NCBI GenBank assembly: GCA_001600815.1
Contig: BCKZ01000013.1
Coordinates: 248,001 to 284,842, forward strand
DNA from: Alloascoidea hylecoeti
Taxonomy: Eukaryota
DNA: 36,842 bases
Reading direction: 5' to 3'
Positions 12,333-24,892 of this stretch are shown here, piece after piece. Every line of letters starts with the position of its first letter. Position 1 is the stretch's first letter. The notes under the pieces are model-generated. The model was not told the origin of the DNA. It was given only the letters and a program-made list of their open reading frames with translations, and ran no database searches. The translations under genes were made by a program, and so were the position numbers.

Positions 12333-13959
12333 TTATAGACGATGGAAAAGGAGTTCTCTCGGTAGACTCGCTTATCTCTCGAGCTCGTCCGTGAAGTTTA
12401 TGAATGTTATCTATATCAATTTACGTTTGAAGCTTAAGACTTTTGCACTTGAACACAACTTAAGAGATAACCATATCTCATTTATACCTTATTTTTTCAT
12501 GTTCTAAACAATTTCCTCAGATTCTTTTTTCGCCTTCTTTCAAATGCCTTAATTTTAGGTCAACCTTATAATATAATAATTTATATTATATAAATTAAAA
12601 ATTCATCTTTGAATCTACAACAGAATGCACTATTAAAACATTCGACTATTTCTGTTAATTTTATCAACACCAAACTTTCAAATAACCTTTAGGATATAAA
12701 ACAGAATGGATTTCATCACCATACACATCTTTTTTTCTTATCACAAAATATTCATAATCATGAATCCCCAAGCTAGTCTTTGAAATTGGACTTTAGTACC
12801 ATGAATGACCCGTTTTTAATTACAAGCATTAATGTTATTTTTGCGTAAATTAAAAGTTAAAAATTCCGAAGATTTTTCTCCGCAGTTAATCTTCCTCCCA
12901 CATCTTCCTCTCACGCATAAAAAAAAGAGATACAATCTGCATCGTTTTTTATTTCATAAAATTGTTTTTATTATTTAATGGTATGTATTCTTATATTGTT
13001 ATTGTTATTGTTATATGATTATTGTTTTTGTTTGTTTTGTTGCATTTGATTAAACTTGTTTTATAACATTTGTTGTTGTTTACACTGGTTTTTCATACTT
13101 CATCAGCTCATTAAATATATAGCGATTAATTAAATTTTTTAACTATATTCTATAAGTATTAAATTGATCCGTAATTGTAAGCTTAAAATCACATAATTAA
13201 TTATAAGGCTTCCAGGTTCCAATAATATCCATTGTCTCTGAATTTTCATACATTTCAATTTAAGGTTTCAAGAACGTCTTACCGAGATTTTCAGAGAACA
13301 AAAGATGTACCGGGAGCGTTGTAATTAGTTATACTGGTACCAGACTACCAGTGTAGTTGCAACTTGCAACCTTCGAGGAATTTCGCAAAATATACAGAAA
13401 CAAGTTCAAATTTGTAATATTAATCGTGCCAATAAGCTTATAATTATCATACTGCAGACTCTTGCTTTTGAAGAGTTGCATAAACCTCATTTTCTACGGA
13501 TTACAAATTAAACACTATTTTTACCATACCAAAACTTGACATTTTTTAATTGTTTTCTAGGATTTTTTTCTTTAAAAACTTTCTTTAAAGTATTTAAAAT
13601 AACATGGTATAGATAATATATATGGTATATTTAGAACAACTTTTGCAAAAGATCGTATACTTGTCATACGTATTTTTATCTGTTTGTTCAATTCAATCAA
13701 ATATTTTGAGTATTTACTACTTAATGCAATGGAAGGCTATCAGAATGTTCAATTCTCATCGGAATGAGTATAAAAATAATTAAACAGTCGCTTCTTTAAC
13801 TAGTTAGAGAAAAAAAATCTAGATCCTCCACAATCCCCGCGACTACTTTAAAAGTTTATATGATCAACAACTTACTTATATTTATTGGGATCCACAATTG
13901 TGATAGGTTTTAACCAACTACTATTCCTTAATTTCCTGTACATACTTTTAAATCTAGAA

Positions 13960-16900
13960 ATGGCCTCGCGATCGATAGCTGAAGTGTTATCCGATGACGA
14001 ATTCAGTATCCTTTCCGATGAAGAATTTGAGGGCGGTATAAATGTTTCCAATTTTACACTACAGTCGGAGAAGGATTCACAACGGTTTGAAGTTGGAATA
14101 GAAAAGGATATTGAAGACGATAATATTTTTATAGGTGAAAATGATCATATGCAATTAAGTCCTGTGGCAGAAGATGATACACAAAAGCGTCTGCTTCCGA
14201 ACTTCAAAGTAAGGAATGACTCAGATATTGGCATCGATTATAATGTAGATAAGAATATTCATCCCCAGATTCAAAATCATGACAAGGATAGTTATATTTC
14301 AATAAATGATGGATCATACAGTGTTTCCAACTACAACGAATATGACGACGAAGCCATCCTCGAAGAAAGTTCTAATGATGATAATTTACCGACAACTACA
14401 GCCGATAATAATCTCCATCCAAATACCAATAATACTTCTATCTATGAAAGATCAAGAAAAAGCTATCCACCACGTTTAAGGTTGATAGCAAGATCTTCAA
14501 GCTCATCTTCATTAAATGCTGTTTCATCACCCATAGGCAATTCTTGGCCTAAACGTAGAAGCTATGGACCCCGTGTTCAAAGGGAACAATCATCGGAATT
14601 AAACAACCACTACAACTACTATCATGATTTGAAAAACCGGGAAGTCGAAGAAGTTGAATCAGAGTCTATTGAAAATGATGATGATAACCATGCACAACTT
14701 ACTTCAAAACGATCATCTATTAATCCTTATATCCTAACAAATTTTGGTTCAACGACAATTACAAACGATGGTAATAATAATAGCAACAACAGAATTTCAA
14801 AAAAGACACGTTCATCATCATTTTCCTCGACTTCAATTTCAAGCAGTAATACCCAAAATACAAACTCCATGCTATCGGAAAAACGTATTTTTGGAACTTC
14901 AGCTCAATCAGAAACATGCTTTATGTGTGTTGGAAATATAATAACATATGCTGCCGGTGCCGGAGTTGTTGTTGCATCTGTTATAAGTGGTCAAATAGTT
15001 GGTCAAAGATATTTCTGTGCTAATAATTATCAAACAACAGCAACTCATGGTTTTGGATCAAATTATGAAAAAGTAACCAGTCCAACATGTACAACAACAA
15101 TTTTTACAAATAATTCATCATTAGGTGATGATGGTTCATACATGAATATCAATAGAGAAGAACATGTCATTGTTTACAAAAAAAATATAAGGTCAACTCC
15201 TAATTTAGAAGATTCAAATTCAAAAAAAGGTTCATTACATGATAAAGTTAGAACAATATCTTGTTTAGCTTTCTCACAGGATGCAACATTATTAGCTGTT
15301 GGAGAGGTATGTCTATAATTATCAGAGTTTTTTAAAACATTTAGTTACTTATTTACTAACATTTGAAATCTATTCATAAAGGCTGGTTATCGTCCTAGAA
15401 TTCTAATTTATTCAGCTAAAAAATCAACTGACACCCCAATTGCAATAATCTATGAACATCAATTTGGGGTTAAAGCTTTAGCATTTTCACCAAAAGGAAA
15501 TTTCTTATCCTCCCTAGGGTTTTCAAACGATGGTTATTTATATATTTGGTCCTTAGAATATATAAATAAGTCCTCACAAAAAGCCAAAATTTTATTACAT
15601 TCAAGTAATAAATGTACTGCAGAAGTTAATAAAATGCTTTGGATAAATGAGAATAAAATTATAACTTTAGGATTAAGACATTTAAAAATCTGGAGGTTTG
15701 AAAATGATAATTATAACCAATCAAATTATTATGATGATAATGATAGAAAATCACAACCTATTAATTCTGCATTAGCCAAACCAAAAATAATAACTGGGAA
15801 GAGCGTTATTACTGGCAATGCTTATATAAGTAACCCAAATTTTACCGATTGTATACAAATCTTTGAAAATCTATTACTATTACTTACTGAAAATGGAGAA
15901 CTTTGTACTTTAATTGATTTCAATGATGATTATGATATTGATAGATTTAATAACAATATTGATAATAATAATAAAATTAAATCAAAAATTTTAGTATTAG
16001 ATTGGAGAGGTGGTATTTCAATGTGTTTTAAAAGTGGTTTGTTTGATACTAAGTCGATGAAAGTATGGTTGATCGGTAATGAAATTAATGAAATTGTTTC
16101 ATTTGATATAACTGATATATTAAACCTACCAATTATTAATAATGAAAAAGATTTTAAAAGGAGTATTCAAACTATAAATATTAATAATAAAACAAAAAAA
16201 AAATTGTATGATAAACAACAAAAAAATGGTTGTATTTCAATATCTTTACTTTCTGATGGTGGTATTGCATGCCTATCAAATTCTGGAGATATTGTGTATT
16301 TTTCAGCATATCAAAAAAAGCATGAACAATTTTTACAATTGAATACCTCAAAATGTTTAGTTTCTGGTTATAATTGTGGTATTAAAGGTATTAAAAATCT
16401 TAATAATACATGCAGTAAAACAATTCCATATAATATTAATTCAAATCAATCGGAGAATGGAAATGATATTGATAATGGGAAAAGTTTCTTAACATGGTCA
16501 GAAGATGGTTTAATTCGAATACGGAATTTTAATGATGGTTTCTATGAATTGAGTAATAAAACAATTGATGTTAAGTTAATGAAAAATCTAGATCTTGAAT
16601 TTCCATTGGACAATGTTTTAACTGCTGTTGCTGTTGGGTTTAATAATGAAATAATTGTTGGTGATAGATATGGAATTTTAAAAATATTTTTGCCAAATAT
16701 TAACAATAAAACAGATAGTGGTGAAAATAGTGATAGTGATGATAATTATGGTACTTTTGATAACAAAGAAAAAGTATTATATGAAGTCAAGGCTCATAGT
16801 TCTGAAATAAATGATATTCAAATCAGAAGATACGAAGAATTAGGTCTAGATATGATTTTTTCAATAAGTCGTGATAGAACAATTCAAATTTTTTATAAAT

Positions 16901-18810
16901 GGTATAAAAATTCTTCCTCATATTCACCTTCACCTAATATTAACCATGATAGTGATAATATTGAAGATGAAGAAGAAGGTTCTCCAAACGATTGGAATGT
17001 ATTACAAACACTTATTGTTCATAAAGGAAATGTTCAAAAATTACTTATTAGTGATGATAATAAATGGATTATAACTGGATCTTTGGATAGAACCGTTGCA
17101 ATTCATAAATTTAACTATCTCCCTGAATCTGGTAAATTATTTTTTACGTTATATAAATCCTTATCTTTGAAGTCATCACCAATTGAAATGTGTTTACATA
17201 GATTATCCTCACATTCACAATCAAGTGTTCAAACTCCAACTGGTTCACGTTCATTCTTATCACCATTTTTATCACCACTTAAACTACATCATAGCACATC
17301 TAAACTCAATTTAAAGAAGAATGATAATATTGATAATAGTGATTCATGTAGAGAAGAGCTTATTATTGTCACAAACGATAAACAAGTTAATATTTATAAA
17401 TTCCCCAATGGCCAATTTCATAGATCATTACGTTTAGCAGATACTAATGGGGAAACTTTGGGATTTTCTTTCTTATCTCTTGTTCCATTTCCAAATGATA
17501 TTACATTTATGATTGGTATTGGTACTGATAAAAGTATTCGAGCTTATGATTATAACACTGGACAATTATTATCATCTCGTTGGGGTCATTCAGGATCAAT
17601 TTCTAGTTTTATTGCATTTGAAAATAATAATAATGATTATATTTTTATAAGTTCTGGTTTAGATGGTTGTGTTTTCATTTGGGATTTTTCTCCTAATCGA
17701 AGTAAATTATTAAGAAAATCACAAAGTACAAGAAATATACATGATTTATTATCAATCGATTCACCAAGTATTGGTAGTTTTTCAGAGATCAATAACGAAG
17801 CAAATCAAAGTTTATTAAAACCTATAAGGAAAGTATGGGCAAAAAATGATTTATTAATAGCAAAGGATAATGAAGAACGATCACATTCATCAAGAAGTAC
17901 TTATAGATCACCATATTTAATGACACCAACATCTAGATCAAGCTCTCAAGTAAGGAAGCAGAAAAGTATGGAAATGTCTAGTAACAATACCCATAAACAT
18001 CCAATACATTCATTAAGTAAGGCTAGATCATTCATGAATATTTCTACTCAAAAGAACAATGATGATAATGATAATAATTTGAATGATGTGCGAGTGAATG
18101 AATTATCGGTTGTTGATAGATTAAGTCGAAGATCAATCTCGAGAATGTCAAGCCGTTCAAGTTTAAGAGAAGTACCAACACCACCACCATCTTTACAACG
18201 TAAACCATCAATGTCAATAGTGACTAATACTAATAGGACACTACAAAAGAGAGATTCATTCAGTTCTTTAAGAAATACGAATACTGAACTTAGAAGAAGA
18301 GCAAGCACAACTTTTGTAACTGATAAATCAAGATCTGAAAATACTAATAATAGCGATAACAAAACTGCACAGTCAACAATAGGAAAAAGACCACCAATAC
18401 AGCGAAACACTTCACGTCGAAGAGTATCATCATCATCGAGTAACACCAATATTAGTACTCCCCAACATATCAAAAACATCGATGATCATATTGAAGGACT
18501 AATTGACCAACTAGTGTCTTTTAGATCTTATTATAGCTGCCATGTTTATTCAGATCAGGCAAGATTAGAGAGACTAAAGAATCAGTTACATCAAACATTA
18601 TCTCAATTAAATGTTCCTATTGTTGAAAGAAGTCGAATGGATGAATTATTGGAACATTTTGCTGATAAACTTTGTAATGTTATTGAAAATAGAGATAAGG
18701 AGCCAGTAACTAATGAACTCCAAGATCAAATTCTTCATAAGATTGATGAAGATAAGAAAATTATTACATATGATAATGAAGATAATGATAAATGTGAAAA
18801 TGAGGGTTAG
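13960..18810 (+). CDS. Large WD40 protein, WDR62/MAPKBP1-like, 1591 aa (exons 13960-15306, 15382-18810)
   Basis: Splicing joins two track ORFs in frame: ISCLAFSQDATLLAVGE|AGYRPRILIYS...EHQFGVKALAFSP...NDGYLYIW...LHSSNKCT, with further WD repeats and Ser-rich termini. First ATG at 13960 (track start is TTG). Confidence 0.8.
15307..15381 (+). other. Spliceosomal intron (75 nt) with AAG acceptor
   Basis: GTATGT at 15307, TACTAAC at 15354-15360, first downstream AG ends 15381 and restores the frame. Confidence 0.85.
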
Positions 18811-18942
18811 CCATATGTATTTAGTTAAGCATAGTTTATAGTTTCATTTTTGTAATTTTGCTTATAGTTTTCATATTTTTTCCATTTTTTATTATTATAG
18901 TCTATTTATAATCATACCCTATATACAAGTAAGTGGTGATTA

Positions 18943-19530
18943 TTAATTTCTTTTGACCGGTTTAACTGTAGAAGACTGAATTGGTCCATCCTCCGATTCT
19001 TCTACTCTGAGGTATTTTGGTGTTTTACCTTTATCGCTTAATGGAAGTGGTTTACTAACTTTAACATTTATATTCTTACCACTTTCACCCTTCTCTGTAA
19101 ATTTTAAAGGAACCGATTCCCATTCTTTGTTGATTTGTGCTGCCCTTTGTTTAACAATCTGTTGCCTCAATAGATCACCGCGTAATTCTTCTAATGTTGG
19201 ACTATCAATCCTAGCATATCTTAACCATTGTGCCCATTGTGGAGCTATTTTATGATCAGCCCAATTCTTCTTAGTACGATATTCAACAATTCTTCTTAAT
19301 CTACCAGGGCTATTATTCCCAATCCGAAATTCCCAAAAGGTGTTTCCTTCTAAATCATATCCTAAACAATAAAAGAAATCAATATTAATAATTGAAACAA
19401 AATGATTCGCTAGAAATAAAAAGCACTTACCAATAAAAATCTTGTTCCTATACGGAATACCTTTGAGTGCTCTCCATTTATGGTATAATTGAGTAATATA
19501 AGATACTTTCCCTTTTAGAAAGTTTGACAT
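18943..19530 (-). CDS. NDUFA12-family complex I assembly factor (NDUFAF2/B17.2L-like), 172 aa spliced (exons 19530-19431, 19361-18943)
   Basis: KWRAL..IPYR.KIFIG|YDLEGNTFWEF, RLRRIVEY, PQWAQWLRYAR...PTLEEL..D..RQ. First ATG at 19530. Confidence 0.85.
   Translation of the reverse strand: MSNFLKGKVSYITQLYHKWRALKGIPYRNKIFIGKCFLFLANHFVSIINIDFFYCLGYDLEGNTFWEFRIGNNSPGRLRRIVEYRTKKNWADHKIAPQWAQWLRYARIDSPTLEELRGDLLRQQIVKQRAAQINKEWESVPLKFTEKGESGKNINVKVSKPLPLSDKGKTPKYLRVEESEDGPIQSSTVKPVKRN
19362..19430 (-). other. Spliceosomal intron (69 nt, in frame, stop-free)
   Basis: GTAAGT donor, TTTAG acceptor, only a weak TATTAAT branch candidate; removal restores FIGYDLEGN. Confidence 0.8.
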
Positions 19531-20210
19531 CTCCAAATCAATGTAGCAAAATTATGAATAAGAAATATTGAAGTGTTTCATTATCGTGATTCAATATACT
19601 CACAGTATGAAATAAACTCACAGAAGTATATTTCAGACACAAGTTTATGAGTTGAAATCGCTTAATTAATGGAAAATATTAACTCGTACTTAATTGATTG
19701 TGTTATAATCAACTAGTCTAATCATTACTGTTAATTTTGGAATGGTTCACTTATACCTACTATATGTAGTAATCTTATAATGCTTTGACGTGAGTAGTTC
19801 AGACCAGACTGAAATATACGCGTTTGTATCCAACCTCAATTGAAAGCCTTTTCAACTTAAAATACCATATGACTATTACATACATTGTATATCACACATA
19901 AGGGTTAAAAAACATTATTATATATGATTTTTATATAATTCAAAAGTTGCAAAAAATGATAATGAGAATATATATGAAAATTAAGAAATATATTGTTCAA
20001 AGAAGAAACAGAAAAAACTTTAGATACCAACTTCAATGTAAAAAATTTTAAAAATTCAAAAGTAAAGTGAAATTAAAGAATTTTATTAATAATAAGTTCA
20101 AAAGTTGAACTCGAGAGACTAAAAATCATTTTCAAATATTTTGTCAAAATTGTAATATTGATCTTCTCTATGAATATTATTGATAGTTAAAGTTATAATT
20201 GGTGTTATAA

Positions 20211-21541
20211 TTAACACTTAACAAGGTCAACAACATTAAGATAAACAGGTTTACATTGTGTTCCAATAGCTTGGTCATATAAATTGAAAAAGTCACCAGA
20301 GAGACATTCATAAAAGACCGTTTCATTACCAATGGCTAATTTTCCACCAATAATATTCCAACCTGCGGCATAGATGGCACCAGCTTGTGGTGGAGGTCCA
20401 TCAAATTGGAATTGTCTATTAGCAACAATGGATCCAACACGCCCATGGGCATCAAGCAATATAGAGTCTTTAAGTGTCAAGGCTAAAGACTGATCAGAAA
20501 CACATGATACTGTATTGATCTCTTTCTTAGCAGGTGATTTGGGATCAATAGCATGCTTTTTATTTGCTTGCTTTACAGCGTGCTTTGGCTTATTATTTTT
20601 TTTGTTTTTACCTTGTATCTGACCATCTGTAATTTGGCTAATGACTGATGTAGTTGGAGCTTGGACCTGACCATCCCCAATTTGACTAATGGCTGGTGCA
20701 GTTGTGGTTGGAGCTTGAATTTGACCATCCCCAATTTGGCTAATTACTGGTACAGTTGTGGTTGGAGCTTGAATTTGACCATCCCCAATTTGGNNNNNNN
20801 NNNNNNNNNNNNNNNNNNNNNNNNNNNNNNNNNNNNNNNNNNNNNNNNNNNNNNNNNNNNNNNNNNNNNNNNNNNNNNNNNNNNNNNNNNNNNNNNNNNN
20901 NNNNNNNNNNNNNNNNNNNNNNNNNNNNNNNNNNNNNNNNNNNNNNNNNNNNNNNNNNNNNNNNNNNNNNNNNNNNNNNNNNNNNNNNNNNNNNNNNNNN
21001 NNNNNNNNNNNNNNNNNNNNNNNNNNNNNNNNNNNNNNNNNNNNNNNNNNNNNNNNNNNNNNNGAGCTTGAATTTGACCATCCCCAATTTGACTAATTAC
21101 TGGTACAGTTGTAGTTGGAGCTTGAATTTGACCATCCCCAATTTGACTAATTACTGGTGCAGTTGTTGTAGTTGGAGCTTGAATCTGACCATCTGTAATT
21201 TGAGAGACAACATCTGTAATTCCTGTTGAGGCTTGAACTTGGCCATCTGAAATTTGAGAATTGGGATTTTGACCACTTTTAGTAGCAGTGACAATGGTAG
21301 TTCTTTGTTCTGTCGATCGTATCTCTGCTGCTGCTGTTGTTGTTAGCTCAGATGTATATGTATTTCCAGCACTATCAGTTGAAATTGGAACAATTGCAAC
21401 CCCAAAGGTTCCAGAGTATCCTGTATTAGCACCAGCTAGATGTTTAGCTTCGGGTTTCAGAGCTTTCCAAGGATCTTTAGGAACGTATGCACCAAAAGCC
21501 AAACCGGCTGCGATAAGAGGAACAACTAGTTTTATTTGCAT
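20211..21541 (-). CDS. PIR (protein with internal repeats) cell-wall protein, interrupted by an assembly gap
   Basis: Signal peptide, YVP.DPW..LKP, DGQIQ repeats and a C-terminal four-Cys domain with [29 protein letters not shown]. The track ORFs at 20744-21541 and 20211-20480 are one gene. Confidence 0.92.
20610..21260 (-). repeat. Coding tandem repeat, mostly 54-nt units ([18 protein letters not shown])
   Basis: Eight DGQ[I/V]Q units visible, four on each side of the gap; true copy number unknown. Confidence 0.92.
20794..21063. other. Assembly gap (270 N)
   Basis: Run of N inside the PIR repeat array. Confidence 1.
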
Positions 21542-21639
21542 TTTTATCCCAGATTCTTCAAAACTTCGACAAAATACAAATGGAATGATCTCCTTAGATT
21601 GTTTAGGTTTATAGCTACTGAAAAATTGGAACGAAGCTC

Positions 21640-21739
21640 TTATATATAGAAGTTCTATATATATTTATAGAGTTTCATCTTTTTCTTTTTCTTTTTTTCG
21701 ATAAACAATTGCAATATGAGTAGCTAGCTCTATATATAG
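21640..21739. promoter_or_regulatory. Rlm1-like MADS sites / TATA region upstream of the PIR gene
   Basis: CTATATATAG at 21730-21739 fits CTAW4TAG; TAW4TAG also at 21641-21649 and 21662-21670. PIR genes are Rlm1 targets in S. cerevisiae. The AT-rich background lowers specificity. Confidence 0.45.
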
Positions 21740-23611
21740 AAGATACATGTGGATCAATGCCAAAATGACAAATATTACCATTTTAAAACTCTAATATTCA
21801 ACAAGGGGGAAACTTTGTTCTTCCTTTAACAGCTCTTAATTAGTGTTTTTTTTTTTTAATATATATCTTAGCAATCTTACTCCTTCTTCTGTATTATATT
21901 AGCTGTATTAGGATGGAAAGCTTATTGCCAAAATGATTTTAACTCAGCTGTTATTTCATAGCAATTCAAATCAATTTCAAATCTAAAAGAGTAATATGCA
22001 GATCTAAAGATATAGATAGCTGCAATATCAGTAGAACTAGAAATCGATTTGGGATATATAAATTCTTGCTCTTCTCTGCCATTGAATATATGTAGAAGTA
22101 TAAACATACTCGACCATTATTTTTACCAAATATTCGACAACAACAAAACTCAAATTCATTGTTCATATAAAATCTAAACTGCATCACGCGTATCTTGTTT
22201 ACACAGCGTTGCAATGCAATCAATTTTTGCAATTTTGAGTACGCGTCCATTATCCTCATAAAAAAAGGGAAAACATCAATATGCATATATCAATCACATA
22301 CCTACATATGCACCATCTTTATTTTAAAGCTTTTTCATCTTTATAATTAGGCAAAGCCAAGGTTCTTATAAATTATATGACACAACGATACTGTAGTAGC
22401 AATATTAATATGAAATAAATTTTAAGAGATGGTGACTTAAAATACTCATAATTGATTGAAGAAACAGCCTGCAGCACCCGTTGTATAAATATGCCTAATA
22501 CAGTAATATGCATATACGTGTAAGTTAAATTAATTTCAAGAGGAACAAATTGTAATTGATGATTATTGAGCTCGACATTTGTTTTTCAGTTGGTATAATA
22601 TTAAAAAAAGAGCAGTCGATAGATATATTCAACATATTTGTACTATGACATAGCACCATCTTGAAGCACTGATTTCTTAGTTGATCTCCTGTAATGTATC
22701 GGTGAAATTTCGAAACTATAAGATATTAATATTAATTTCATTAAATAACTTTATACAGATCTTATTGATGTAATTGGATTGAGGGATTATGTGTGGAATT
22801 GTGAATCCGATCTTCATTTAGATGGTTTAAATTGTGATTGTAAGGTTAGAATTATCTATAATTAGATAATTATACTTCAAGCAGAGTTAAAAGAATATAG
22901 TACCCTTTTAAAGATCTAGAAATAGCAACAGATATTCTTTTTTCAAAGGATTCCGATAGCAGCCAGTCCCAAATAATTGAAAACCATGATGAAAGCGTTT
23001 ATAATTTTATCTGTACATATCTATAATTGAATCGAGCATATTCATATAACTTCTGATTATGAACTGTAATTATTATCGATATATACAAACTTAAAAGAAC
23101 CCTATATATCTCATATGCTCTGTTTTATATTGCAAGAACAACATTAGTTTGCTATTAGTATTCTATAGTTAGTAACTATAATTTATTAATTATAAAAAAT
23201 GATTATATATCTTAAGTGTTAAAATTTTAAGTTTCTATATATAGTAGATGCTTTTGGAAAAAGAAATTCTGATATAAACGCCGATTGGATTTTAACAAGC
23301 TTGTGCTAATAAAGCGAATGATTCAATGATTAACTAAAGTTGGGACATTACATTTGAAAGCTTAAGGGAACTATTATCAATTTTTCCGGATGTACCGATT
23401 CTTTCCCAGAAATTTATCAAATACAGTATTTTCTACCGATAATCTACCACCTGCCTAATTTGCAGAACATTTCGCTTCCACACGCCCATTTTAAGTGCAA
23501 TTGTAATTGCCATTGTTAGATAAAATAGATTCCTGATTGAATATATATCATGGTGAATTCAATTGAACACATTTATATTCAATATATTTATATTTGAAGA
23601 ATAATATTGGT

Positions 23612-23780
23612 CCGTCGAATGGGATTAACTTGGTTCATCAACAAGAGAGATAAGAAGTTATATGAAATTGAACTGACCCATGAAGAGACTTGCTAGCATG
23701 ATGAGCTCATGAGATTGGTTTTGGGATCATATAACTTCTTATCTCTCTTGTTGATGAACCGAGTTAATTCCATTCGACGG
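23612..23780. repeat. Long inverted repeat: 54-bp arms (23612-23665, 23727-23780), 61-nt spacer
   Basis: Arms match at 52 of 54 positions by manual alignment; both differences form G-U pairs on the + strand. Confidence 0.95.
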
Positions 23781-24892
23781 GCAGCACCAGTAAAACCAAA
23801 ATCCCAAGGTTTGAACGAATCTCTTTCCAACATAAGCTTGGACGGTGTCCACGAAGTTGTTAAGACGCGGACATAGCACCCCTACCATATTCGCTTTTAC
23901 TCTCCCCCAACTTCACAAGCACTTGCATTGTTCCAGCTAAATGCTTAATATCACTCTCTATCCAATAAATAACTATTGCCCACATGATATACTAAATATT
24001 CGGGCACCGCTCTTTGAGATAAATGTAAGATATTAGTGCTGGTTTCTGCGCAGGTTCTCAGTTATACGGTTACTATTAAGATTAGAGTTATTTCTCTCAT
24101 GTGACGACTTACCTTCACAACTTTTTAATCAATGCTTACTAATTTCTGCGCGTCAATGCAATAATATGGAGGATATCCACGTGCAGAAACCCTCAAAAAA
24201 TCTTAGGATTTCACCCTCTTAGGGTACACGGATCACATTTTCTCATAGGAATGAGGGTAAATCTGACCCTTTGTGGTGATCCATATATATGAAACACCCA
24301 AAGACCTAATAATATAAGTAATGAAATTTGAAAGAAAGAAAACAAATTCCATTAAGTATAGTTATCTTTTACTTATTTAATAGATTATTACACTTGTGAC
24401 AGATCACTTACTTAGTGGTTCGTAAACTCTACTCGGTACCCGATTTTAGTAGTTCCCTTTGGTTGGATACTTTCCTTACTGTTGGTTAGTAACTCCCATA
24501 CCTAGTGATTATCATGTAAGTAACTGAAACGTTAACCACCCGTTTACAAACTAAATTTCCACTGTTTATGACTTCGATATAATAGCTAATTTTTTATTTC
24601 ACTGTTTAAAAGCTATATAAACTACTTATGAAGTAGAGATAAATTCAAGATAATGGGCTTTTTGACGAAATTGAAAACAATCAGATAAAATTAATTAAAA
24701 GAATAAAAATTAGAAAATGGGTAATCCTCTCACAATTACCAACTATGACGAAAAATTTAAAATAGTAAACAGTGAACTTAGTTTATCCATTTTTTAACTC
24801 TTTAATAATTTAAACCAAGGAAATAATTTAAAGAGCCAATTTTTCTGATCAGTTGTATTTGTAATTGCGAGTATTACCGGGGGAGTTGATTG

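Noticed and set aside
12978..12986. ATG immediately followed by a GTATGT donor
   Set aside because: No clear branch point or acceptor leading to an in-frame exon; joining to the AG at 13957 is out of frame with the WD40 gene.
18048..18479. Antisense and alternate-frame track ORFs (this one and e.g. 3764-3967, 10023-10265, 21288-21614, 29005-29223, 33951-34208)
   Set aside because: Shadows of real genes or low-complexity sequence, many with TTG/GTG starts and no motifs.
20794..21063. Apparent frameshift or split of the PIR gene
   Set aside because: Repeat phase requires a gap of 25 nt plus whole codon-multiple units; 270 N is only an estimate, so the shift is an assembly artefact.
21922..22286. 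Intergenic ORFs of 61 and 106 aa (also 481-663, 26087-26341, 30742-31017, 35518-35700, 35863-36190)
   Set aside because: No recognisable domains and random-like composition; the 21922-22286 pair overlaps probable PIR promoter DNA with two MCB sites.
22986..23056. Box C (ATGATGA) and box D (CTGA) at snoRNA-like spacing
   Set aside because: No convincing terminal stem or rRNA-complementary guide that I can recognise.
24230..24252. Similarity to U3 snoRNA box A (GGAUCAUUUCUAUAG)
   Set aside because: Needs several insertions in a normally invariant motif, and the other U3 boxes were not found.
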